Positions 23,401 through 35,100 of a DNA stretch of 64,000 bases are shown piece by piece (position 1 is the stretch's first letter; every line of letters begins with the position of its first letter). A program made the position numbers and the translations under genes. The DNA is from Balanoglossus misakiensis (taxonomy: Eukaryota > Animalia > Hemichordata): the NCBI GenBank assembly GCA_040954595.2, contig CM082588.2, positions 8,292,844-8,356,843 on the forward strand, read 5' to 3'. The notes below the pieces were generated by a model. The model was not told the DNA's origin, did no database searches, and saw only the letters and a program-made list of their open reading frames with translations.

Positions 23401-26400
23401 AATGTGATTCGACATTGTTAGCAAAATGTTATATATGATCAATATGATGTAACCCCTTTTGCAATTGGGTCGGGGACAATAGAATGCAAATAAATGGGCA
23501 CTATCTATTTTACTTTACGCTCGATGTGCTAATCAATGGCAGAATAGTACAAACCTATCATTAAATAATACTTCAATAAGCAGACATCTAGACCAAACCA
23601 TTCCCTTTAGAACAATTACAGCAGCAAGCTTATTTGTTCTGATTAGTTAAATCTAGTATTGTTTGGCCAAATTCCCTGCCTAAATGTTTGTGGACACTGA
23701 CCTTTTCTATCATATCTGAATGTCTCTCCCTCTGGTAAGGTGATTGAAGACAACTGTTGACTATCCAAAATCAAACACCGTCTGATTCCAAGGACACCAA
23801 GAACTTCAGGCCGTTCATCCAACAACGAAGACATCTGTAGAGGGCGCTGTATTTTTATCAACAATACGATTGGTGTCTGTGCGTCTCCCACATCAACATC
23901 TATCTCAGCTTCCAAAGTGCCGGAACCTCCAAGTAGTTTTGATAAACCGATTCTGTTTTGGCGTGTGGCATAGACAGACCTGTCAGTCTCTACGGAAACA
24001 ACTGCGCTCTTGTCATCTACATTCACAAAAGACGCAGAGAAAGGCTCAATAAATAATTTGTATTCTCATAAAAGAGTAATTTTCAACAGTATTTTTTTCT
24101 TCTTGTTGAATTCCTAAGTGCTAATGAAAAAAAATCTTTAAACTCATAGCCTGCCAGCTAGAAACAAAAACAGTCATAGAAACACTCAACTTGAAAAAAT
24201 AAGTCTTGCCCTATGCTGTCATCCACAAATAGTAATTACCTTGTTTAGTCAACATCTCTCCAGGTTCTGTACACTTTTCTCCACACAAACCACAGACCTC
24301 AGAAGATTTCACTTCCGGTACATAGCCTATTAGATTATGATTTAAGTTATGAATTCGTCATGACATATATTCTTGATGTCATTTGCAATTTTAACATTGA
24401 TTCATAAGAACGTGAGTGTACAAGTGAAAAGTTTGACAAGGTGTCAGTCAGTGCAAAGCATTCACATGAAATTCACATGAAATCACTTTGAAATGGGTAT
24501 GAATACAGGAACTTGAAAGTACATGTATTCTGCTGAAAAAAACCCACATAACACAGATACGAGTCTAGAACTGAAAATAACCAAAGGTTTCAGGTAAAAT
24601 CCCTCAATTCATACGAATACACAATGTTCGGTAACATTAACTAAATTGTTAAAGTATTAGACTTGCCTTCCTTGATGTACTTCAATTCTGCCAGACATCG
24701 TTGATATCTCCATGTCTCTATGGTTGTCTTCAGGTTAACGTCAGATACATTGAGTTTGTGGAGCAATTCGGGTGTGATCATGTCCGCCTTAAACAGATCT
24801 CCCAGTATCCCTTGCCTGTAGTCACGCCATAGTCTCTCCACTGACTTTGATGTCTGGCATGTCAATACAACATGCAGACTACCCCGCTTGATTTCTTCAA
24901 TTTGTATGTTTCCAACACTGTTGAGATGCTCTTTGACTTTTGGTAAATCGTTTTCAGAGCTGCTGTTGTTGATTATCTCATTTTCGATGAGTTCAACCTG
25001 GTCTGGAGTCAAGGTTGGGCCAGACACCTTAAGCTTAACTAGGATTTTCCCTGAAATAACATACAAAGAGTACATTGTATTGGAATTAGTCAAATTGATA
25101 TGTGTTGTACAGGATTCGAAGCAAGACCTTACACAAAATTTCAAGGACTAAATCCACATCCGCCTAGATAAGAATTAAGCGAGTACCTACATGTATTCAC
25201 TTGATCTAAACACAACACACAGACACCAGACAGACAATACAAACAAACAAACAAACAAACAAACAAACAAACAAGCAAGCAACACAAACAAACAAACAAA
25301 CAAACAAGCGAGCGAGCGAGCAAACAAACAAACAAACAAACAAACAAACAAACAAACAAACAAAAACACAAAACAAACGCATAAACGAACATTTCCATTG
25401 CTCAACGTATGGAGAGACATCCTCGGGTACAAATGTGTTCTTAATTTAATTCAAACCTCATTTTGTTTCATTACACAACTGTATTCTACAACGATACAAT
25501 AACTAGTATACAGGGACGAGTGAATATGAGCAACTATAGTTCCGTGCGTTAGCTGCTGTGCTTGGGCCACGTGCAGGCCACGTGAACCATTTCATTTGGT
25601 TTTCAGTTTGAATATTGTATGAATATTGTTTTATAAGGACAGACAAGTAATTTTCACTAGGCGTACAAATGTACCCAATCAGCACCCTTACCCAGATTCG
25701 AGTTGTCAGTGTGTTGAACTTCATGCGTCCGTCCACCGTCAGGATTTTGCTGGCCACCTTCACCATTATTCAGATCACTACTTTCGGACCCGTTGTTGCT
25801 AGGGACATCTTGGACTTGCTTTTCTGTTTGGCTGCCACCAGAATTCCTGGGTTGTTGGTCTTTAAGTGTTTCCTCCTTACCTAGTGCATAATAAAAATAC
25901 TACAACTTACAAAACTTGGTTTTAGCTGTAATTTATTTAATAAAACAGAATATCAATTCACCCAACAGCTGTATTTATTCATCATTTATTACACTGTTTT
26001 GATTCTCTTTAACGAAGACATTTTGTTAACTGGCAACACGTGATTCTGTTATCTGTTATCATTCTATCTATTTATTGCAATGTATTTACCTTTGGGGGGC
26101 TCTTCTACAGGATCGACACAATCCCCAGGACAAGCAACACAACCCATGAGTTTCGTTTGGTTGTCAGATATAACACCATCCTCTGCCGATTTATGGAGTG
26201 CAGACTGCAATTCCTGTGATGTTTTCTTGGCGCGACCATATTCACTCAGAATCTCCATAATAGCACGTGCCCACTTTTCACTTCCGCTGTCAACATTTTC
26301 GTTTGGTCCCACGTCACAGTATGGTACACCAAATAAGGGGAAGTGTTCTTTTGTGAAGTTTGCAAGACCTGATTGCCTTGGCTGTACAGTGGGCACACCA

Positions 26401-27356
26401 GCAGCGCAGGATAGAAGACCAATCACACCAAATGGGTCGCCTTTAGTTGTGAAGTTTACAAGGATGTCGCACTGTTTCAAGTCTTTCTTTAACTGGTCTA
26501 TCGATGTGTCGTTTGGATATAAATTGATCACTAACCAATCTGACTTCGCCATCGCCTCCAGCTGCTGCTGAATCTTCTTACATGGTGTAGACACTAAAAG
26601 TCCTTTGAACTTCCACCTTATTTCTCTGTGAAAATAACTGTAAATCTTAGCAACTTTCTCCATGCCACGAGCTGCTGCTTCGAATTCCTCCAGATCTTGT
26701 AGGTTTGAAATCGTATGCACAGATAAGACTTCGATAGTCTTACTTAAGTCTCTTTTGTTGAGCGAAATCTCGCCGACATCTTTCTTCATCCAAGGGATGT
26801 ACAGAACATTCTCCACTTGTGAGTCTAGCAGAGCTCGAATCTTCATCTTCAACTCCTCATGTACTGTTGGTCCAACAGATATAATGACAGAGGACGTCTC
26901 TGCATATTCCAGCATTTCATCATCTTTGGCAGCCAAGTCTGAAGGATCGAGGTTCATGTTTTCCGGTATGTCAGAATAGACAGGAACAAAACTCGCAGTT
27001 GGAAAAACCTCTGCTTGAATACTCTTTGCTGTACTGGCGGTTCCATCCTTACAAGCAGTACCGTATATGGTCGTAATTGGGTGATATTTCTTTAACTGTT
27101 GAAAATAGTGTTCGTGTAAAATTAACCAATCACTTGTCGGCTTCCCCTCTTTGATTGGGAGAATCAACTCCACTCTATGACGCCTTGCTTCTTCAACTTC
27201 TTTGTCAGAAGCCTGTAACGCCAAGAAGTAAACCTGGTTGTTTCCATCAGCAAGATCGATGGCCAATTGTCTCTCAGTAAGACATGTTGCAATATTGCGA
27301 CTTCTCGGCCACCACTCCTCTCCGACAACCAACAAACGATTCTTCACCTTTGCCAT
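20456..27356 (-). CDS. GT4-like/TRADD-N-like/coiled-coil/IFIT-like TPR fusion protein, copy 2 (~1330 aa)
   Basis: Exons 27356-26090, 25880-25692, 25050-24667, 24326-24240, 24016-23702, 23392-22982, 22424-22312, 21682-20456 sum to 3993 nt in frame. Six phase-1 introns then one phase-0 intron; all GT-AG except a GC-AG after exon 3. Confidence 0.82.
21753..21992. repeat. ~240-bp foldback inverted repeat in the last intron, present in all five copies
   Basis: Core TATACCCCACTGACACATAAA / TTTATGTGTCAGTGGGGTATA with outer arms GATCTCCCGATTTC / GAAATCGGGAGATC; also at ~1997-2219, 33423-33633, 48537-48770 and 60885-61113. Confidence 0.85.
25238..25380. repeat. (CAAA)n microsatellite in intron 2 of copy 2
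   Basis: Directly visible. Confidence 0.95.
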
Positions 27357-27537
27357 TTCTAATTGAGAATAAAATATGTTCGTGTTTATACAATATTTCC
27401 ACGGCTCATCGAAAGAGGAATGCTATGGAAGGTACAATCATTATTGCTGCAGACTCCTTGGCCTGCTACTCGGTGGACTGTCTGTCTCACAAAGCTCAGA
27501 GTGAGTGGTAATATTTCGGATTCGCCGAAACAGTGGA

Positions 27538-27890
27538 ATATAACACACCATGCAGTGAACCCTCGATCGTGATTCGTCAAAACGCCGTCACGTGACCTTA
27601 GTCATTTCGAACTGTTCTCTAGGGCATCAGTTCGATCGGTTTCTGCCCGGTACTGTTGCCCCGTCTTTATATAATTCCGTGTTTGGTGTGTTACAAAACA
27701 CATGATGACTGACATATTCGGGCAACAGTGTATTTTTGATGACCTCGGGACTGCCAGTCACACTAAAACAGTCTGTTTTCCCTCGGGCTATGCCCTCGGG
27801 GAAAACAAGACTGTTTTAGTTGTGACTAGCAGTGCCCTCGGTCATCAAAATACACTGTTGCCCTCATTGTCAGTCATCATGTGTATATTG
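27538..27890. mobile_element. ~350-bp foldback insertion specific to the copy 2 upstream intron
   Basis: Absent at the paralogous sites (~7558, ~54337); contains a long imperfect palindrome ~27692-27893 (ACACATGATGACTGACA...TGTCAGTCATCATGTGT). Confidence 0.75.
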
Positions 27891-30800
27891 TAATGGACAC
27901 ACGTGTTGATACACGAAACATTTCAAACATAGCTTTTCTTAAATAAGGTAAATGAATAGGAAAGGTCGCAGGTAACTATTTTGAGGTCTTGATATTTTAT
28001 AACATGGCACTTTATAAGTCGCCTGTTCGTTTGTCTTAAATTCTACTATTAATAATTTTGTCAACCCATTTGGTAAGAATATGTGTTGCATGTGTAATGC
28101 CGTTTAAGTCGCTGTTGCCAGCAAAATAAAACTGGCATTTTCTCCACGTGATATGAATATGAGATAAAATAGTCCCTGCTGAAAGAGTGTTAAAGTGAAG
28201 ACTTTTCTTTATTTTGAATTCGCGTTTCTATCACGACCAATACTAAAAAAATTGCATTGATATATCGCAGTACTGTGTTTTGTAAACACGTCACCGGCAT
28301 TTTCATGAGTACATATGCAAATAACAATAACATGGAACTACTTTCTACTTGTAAACATTGAACGCCATGAATGCTAGAGCGGTGCATTATGACCAGTGAA
28401 ACGCGGTGATTATATCATTATTTGGTTTGTTACATGTATATGCTTGATCCTACCAACTTTCTTAAGTTGAATAACATTATTTAGTTGTCGACCTCAAAAC
28501 AACGAAAATTACTCGTTATCGCCAGTCTTCTAGAATTGCAGATGCAATCTCTCGCTGGCGACTGAATAACTGACCCAAAATGACCTCATTTGCATACTAA
28601 TGACTACGTATATAACTTGGCTAAAAAACAGAACGTCGGCGGGTTGCTTATGACTGTCGCGTCAATCTACATAAAATCAAGATGAAACGATCGAAACTTT
28701 TAATTTTCGTCAATTTTCGAGACAATAATAATAACAGACTTCCATGCCATCTGCATACTTTTTGTGTGGACGGTACAGAAGTGACTCGCTGTGCCAGTCC
28801 ATATATTTTCACTATAGAAAACAGTAGCATTGAGGAGTGCAAGAAAAGTGCTGACTCAGCATAGTCCACAAGGTTTTAGACCATCTTATTTCAAAAATGT
28901 TGCATAGGAACTCCCAATTTCTCTCTATTTTTGTTTTAAAAATTCATTGATATAAAATATATTTTAAAAACAAGAACATTACGATATTACAAAATAAGTA
29001 AAACCTTAAAAATGAAACATTTCTGTTCCTCAGATTTTGGTAGACTTTTAATATGTTATTAAGGAGATTCAATATTACAGAAAAACCGTTGATAAACCTT
29101 TTGTTGCATTTTTAGGGTAAGGTCCTTTTATTTCATAAGTGCAGCCAACTATTAGGCCGAACACAGTATATATCAAATCCATACTCTGGTTCATTTGAGG
29201 CCACCACCCCCTAAGCGACAATGCGTCATCGACCTCCTGTGCAAACAACCAGAAAGAGGTCAGCGATATACACAAAGGGTTTCTCACTCAATTGTGGCAT
29301 TCGAAAGTGAAAGAATGTGAAGTGAAAAAAAGTGCAACACTCGACTGTCAAATAGTAAAGAAAGCGAACATTTATGGAAGACTCAGTTCCAAGGTCATTA
29401 GTATTACACTGGTAGCATTGCTGATATTCTGTCGATAAATTCACAGTGTGTACAACAAAATTGACGTCAAAATATATTGATTCAAAAGGTCAACCGAGTT
29501 CAGACCAACCTCCCACAAACAGAACAAAACTGTGCAGATCGCGTTACTCATGAGGAATCACAAAATTATATCACTTCCTTCAAGTCTTTAACGACCTTAA
29601 GATTCCAATTCCACATTTCAAACTCCAGAGTACGTGACCCAGTATACCATTACCTGTGAACGTTTTACCCAACCATTTGAAATGTATTTCTCATTTCTTG
29701 AAGTCAGTCGATAGACATGGCAGCTACATTTTCTGTACTGAAATCATATTGCACTCTCCCAACTTTAAGATTGTGAACGGCCTGGCCTTAAAAGTTTAGT
29801 TTCTCTTTTGCAGACTCATGGTCCAGGTTAGCTGTTCCGCCGGGGGGGAGGTGACATGTTATTTCCCCTCCCCCCGGCGGAACAGCTGCGTTTCCACAGC
29901 TAGGTCCAGGTCAAAGAAAGTGTACACTATATGTGTGTTACTTACCTGTTGATTTGCACAGAATCGTGATTCGGTTTAATAGAACGTTCTCCCTTTGTGA
30001 TTAAATGTGTCCAATAGTGTCAGGCACATCAAGTGAACGCGAGAAAAGTGATTCACAGGTGAACATGTACCGTGTTGTTGATTCGTACAAATTGCGGAAA
30101 AGAACAGTTACAGCCACAACATACTTTTAGCGACGCCATTGGTGCCAAGCCCAGTTTGACCAAAACGAGGCTGGTTTCCAGGTCATTCGTGACAGGGCAC
30201 ATCAGGCGTTTGAAGCATAGACAGTAGAGGGGGAAGATGTCTATGTTTGAAGTCTTTTTTTTTATAACAAGCGACTCGGACATGGAGGGGTGGGGGGGGG
30301 CAAGGTAGAGCTGGTGGACGTCGACCCTGCGTTTCTCTGATTGTGAATCTCCAAATAAGGAGAGATGATATAAAATCTATATGCAACTCTGCATGAATTA
30401 TGATCAGTGTTTACGTCTTTTCGTTGGACATTTCATGTGCAGTAGGCCTATAGGGGCCTAGATCGATTCAATACATGAACTAATTGAATAAATTTAAAAC
30501 ATAACACAAACTGCGCAAAATAGCGGTCGTGACATTTTAATCGCGACCAACGATATTTATTTTACTAAAAATCATAAACGATGTTTGTTGTACTAAAACA
30601 GGCTGTATTGATAAACCTGATACTAAGGATTTCATCATATGGCTTGGGCACTTTCAACAAGAAGCTGTATTTAATATATGCAAGAAAAAAATGGGCAAAC
30701 GTTATAGACCACAGCTAGATGAAATAAAATCTTTGATCATAAAACCACCTTGCTATTATGTGTTTACCTAAACATTGATTCTGTCGCCCAGTTTTGTTTA

Positions 30801-32137
30801 CAAAATCCCAATCAATTTGACTTCAGGGCAGAACGTTTTCTATTCTGTGCCATTACATTTTACAAATATCATCCCATAAGCGCATAATCTTATGACTGTA
30901 CAAGAAATGGAGTGGTATGAAAATTACATTACATTGTATTTGTTTTCAAATTTCACCACTGTATGAAAGAAAAGTCAACACATCCCCTGAATATTTACCA
31001 CTACATATTTTTGTTGTTCTAAATGTACATCTTAAATAACATGGATGTTGATATGCAAATAATTGCTATACAATAAACGCGACAAAAGAAATAAGACAGC
31101 ACACACTGCACCAAACCTCAAAATGAACCAATGACAATCAAGATATTTACTCAGAAAATCAATCATATAAAACTGTCGGCAAAACAGGCAATCAACACAT
31201 TGGTACTGTGACACTATAGTTTACACCACAAGAAAACAGCTGAATCATTTTGTCATCTCTTGGTACTTGCGTTTTTCTAAAAATGAAAAATTCCTGTGAC
31301 AAAATGAATTTTTCAGAGTAAAGTATGTACAATGTTTACACAAATGCTTCATTCTTACAAATACAAAAAAAACAACAACAGTTGAACACGTTCTACAACT
31401 GAACCGATACATGAGAAAACTATCTGCATATATTGGCGAAATAAATCCAAAAGTAATGAACAGTGCAAACACAAAAAACTAATTCAAATTCATCTCCTGT
31501 AGAGCAGACACGTGGTTAAATGACACACAATCTATATATCCACACACACAATATTTACTGTGTTATAAGGAAAGCCAAATAACAAATTGTAAATAATATA
31601 TAACGCTTTGAAACATTGAAAGCTAGAATTGTCGATTTCCAAGACAACTCCAAAACGTTGCTAACAGTCAAAATGAACATTTCAGGAAACATTTCTAAAA
31701 TAAGACTTTTCACTGCAGAGTATGTAGTTGGTTGAAATGTGACGGAAGCAACCACAAGATCGTTACAAATAATTCTTAAAACACACGGTATAAACGATAC
31801 ATCCCTCGATTGTTGATTCAAAATGATGTATGCTCACAAATTTGACTGACCAAGCCACTTTCCCCAGCTATACTCAAAGCCACATATGAACGTGTACATT
31901 ATTGTGAACTTTCAACCTTTGAGGGGTCGGTTTTGGTTGATTGGACAAAATGACAAACGTATTATTACTATGGACAAACAATATAGGGCAAAATTACTGA
32001 AATAACATGCATGTTGCAGGAGGCCTGTAGTTGGTTAACATGCTTGAGGCTTCCAGGAAATCGTTGTTTTTTGGTATCCCTAAATGATTTATTTCATCAC
32101 TTTCTAATTAGTAATTTTCTTTACTACTGATTACAAG

Positions 32138-35100
32138 TTAAATTGGTTTATTCTGTTCAGATAACCTTGCTTTGTCCTCCTGTGCATACTTGCCCAAGGA
32201 ATACTCCAGACCACAGGCTTCTGTTATGTTTAGGTATTTTAGTGCATTGGCAGAGTCATCTTGTGCTTGGTAAACGTGGGCAAGATGATAACATGCCCAT
32301 AGTATGTAATATGGGTCAGAGAGGGTGCTGATCAGATGGGTATATATTTCACATGCATCACTGTACTGTTTCAAGTATCTTAGGGCAGCGGCCTTCAAGA
32401 TAGAAGCAGCGGGATACAAACCACCTGCATATGCAACTGCTTTGTCGGAACACTCTATTGCTTTTAGCAGGCACTGACGATTTCTTTCTATCGGATTGTG
32501 TTCGTATTTGGCCACGTATGTGACTCCTAGTTTAAACGCGAAAATTGGATTGTCTGGATCTTGTGCTGCAGCATTGTGAATAACTCGCAGTGCTTTTTCG
32601 AAGTCTCCAACATTGCTGTGGCAGTAATAACGACGTGCAGAATCCACCGCGAAAGGGGATAAAGGGGTTAATTCGAGTGCTTTCTGGATGAGTTGACCTG
32701 CTTCTTCATAGCGACCTTCAGCGACTGACAGCTTACTTAAAAGTGCCAAAGCATAGCTGTGATGGGCATTTTTCTTAAGAACTCTCTCAAGCAAATTTCT
32801 TTCTTGTGCCATTATTTGTAAGGCTTCCTTACATTTTGAATTTCCATAGACACGAGAATGTTTTCGTGAAAGAGAGAATGCTTGCCAAAGCAGCCAATCT
32901 GTTTGTTCTGGAAGTTCTACTAAAGCACGATCAAAGCTATCAATTCCCCCATCAAACGTTTTTTTGTCAAAATAAGTCAGAGAGACACCATTGTGAGCAT
33001 ATACATACGCTTTCTGTTTCCCTGACAATTTATCAAGTGACAAAGTTGCTATCAACTTAAGCGTTTCATCAACTCTCTCCATCTCAGCCGATATGAAATG
33101 AACCCATGCTTTATCTGCAAGAAGAACCAACTTATCACCAAGTGGACCATCGTCGTCACCATCACATCTGTCAAGTTCTTTCTGGTTGTCGGTGAGGGCG
33201 TCATCAAACCACTTCAAAGCGGCACTTGGATCTCTCTTGTCTTCCGATCTCAGTTTGGACACGTACAGGTAACCTTTGAGAGCTTTATGGGGAACTGGAG
33301 AGAACGCCTGGTTGTGATATTTAAGGTTGCTGTCCAATTTGCACTGTATGACCTACAGTAAATGGAAAGGCATGTTACAGTGTCATGTGAAAACCCAGGT
33401 GCTTGTACAGATGCTATGTTGTTATTTTATTAATTGTATTTAAGATAGCTAAAAACGATAAGATCTCCCAATTTCACGTTATACGAACGCTCACACTATG
33501 TTCAGGCGTATACCCCACTGACACATAAACAGATAAAGAAATCTCTTTATGTGTCAGTGGGGTATAGGCCCGATCGGGAGATCGTCTAAGCTACTGATTT
33601 ATCGTTTATAGCCACCTTCCAATTAATAAAATACCTGTGTGTGAAAACATCAGACGCATGATTGGAATGAAATAAGAAGATGTGATTGATGAAAAAACTC
33701 TACGGTGGTCTCATTAACTCACTTGACAACAATTTTTTTTTAAATATACCACTTTAAATGATGCGAAAACTGGATATTCAGCATGTTGCTTCTTATGTTA
33801 CAGTTTCTGTCATTATTAACATCCAAGTGGAATAGGAGTTCGACATATACAAACATTTTTTCATGAAATTCCAACAATTAAGGTATATCTGTTATGAACC
33901 GCTTTAAAAGTTCATAAACTGTACAAAATGTACTTCAAATACGCAAATACATGTCCTCACCTCAAAACTCTCGTCACAAAATTCTTCGAGTTTCCAGGTA
34001 AAGTGGCAGGGAAATCTCTGCAGTATTTCTTCATAGGACTTTGCTGTATGCTTCAATCCCGTTATGTGTGTGAACGAAAATTCTATTGAATAGTAAAAAC
34101 AATTTGGGTTATAAACTGAGTTCGTGATTTAAATTTTAAATAATTGAGATTGGTCTATTCAAATGAGCCCAACATTTTGGGAGAGAGTTGAGTTGTATCA
34201 ACCAGTGAATGCAATATATTGGTCAGCGCAACAACGTAAATTGTCCACCAAAAGAAACTAAAACAACCAAAATATCCGGCCTCAATATTGAGCGATTTTG
34301 TTCCTTCAGTTTATTGAAGTGATTTTATTTTGGTAAAATCAAGTGAAAGTGACGGAAACTAATAATTTAGTTGTAAAATAAATATGTCGGACCATGTTAA
34401 GTATAATCATTTTGCATGGAAGGTCAATTACAGGAAAAGGGTCCGGAAAAAAACAAAGTGAAAAAGGAAGTTTTTTAGACCGAACTCTGAAATTCGCTTT
34501 TGTTCCTGGACACATGACTATAATTGAAATAAATTCGGCCAATAATCGAATTTGTTGGGAGCATATTTTGTTTATTTGGAGCAGATGATACAACGGATGG
34601 ATAGATATGTTGCAGATAACTGCATTACCTTCGATGTTTTTGTCTACAGGTGGCGCAATTGTTTTCGTTTCCTTAAGTTCATCGATAGTCTGATGTAACT
34701 GTCGGATGTTGTCTTTCAGCTTGGTATTTGTCGTGAGTAGTTTGGAACTTTGAGTTTCACTGCTTTCCAGCATTTCCTTCAGAAGCCCACGTGACTGCTC
34801 ACTTTCTTCACTTTTCCCCTTAAGGATCGTATATTCCATCTTCTTGGATTGTAGTAGTTCTCGAATCTCCTTGTTTTCGTTAAAGAGCGAAGTGATGACA
34901 GAGAGATAGTTGTCTGTCGAGATTGGTTCCAAAACACGAGTAGCTCCTTCTTTTGATAAAGATTCCGTCAGAATCTTGTCCGACTCTTTGGTGCCAGTGT
35001 TCAAGATGTTGACGCCATTTTGATTGACCAATCTCTTCATTTCTGATGAAAATGTGATTCAACATTCTTAGCAAAATGTTATATATACTCGATATGATGT

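Noticed and set aside
25141-25502. FVCL/TNKQ-repeat ORFs, also at 36712-36978
   Set aside because: Translations of (CAAA)n microsatellites.
25503-25766. 87-aa ORF MVKVASKILTV..., also at 37116-37376
   Set aside because: Alternative frame of the linker exon running into the intron; the spliced frame matches the copy 1 and 4 linker.
26080-26979. Plus-strand ORFs inside GT exons and similar antisense ORFs in other exons
   Set aside because: Antisense shadows of real exons; they recur only because the exons are duplicated.
20456-27356. Prokaryotic operon or defence island of separate GT, adaptor and TPR genes
   Set aside because: ORF homology is bounded by splice signals with compatible phases, most ORFs lack ATG starts, and the DNA has LINE, MITE and microsatellite content.
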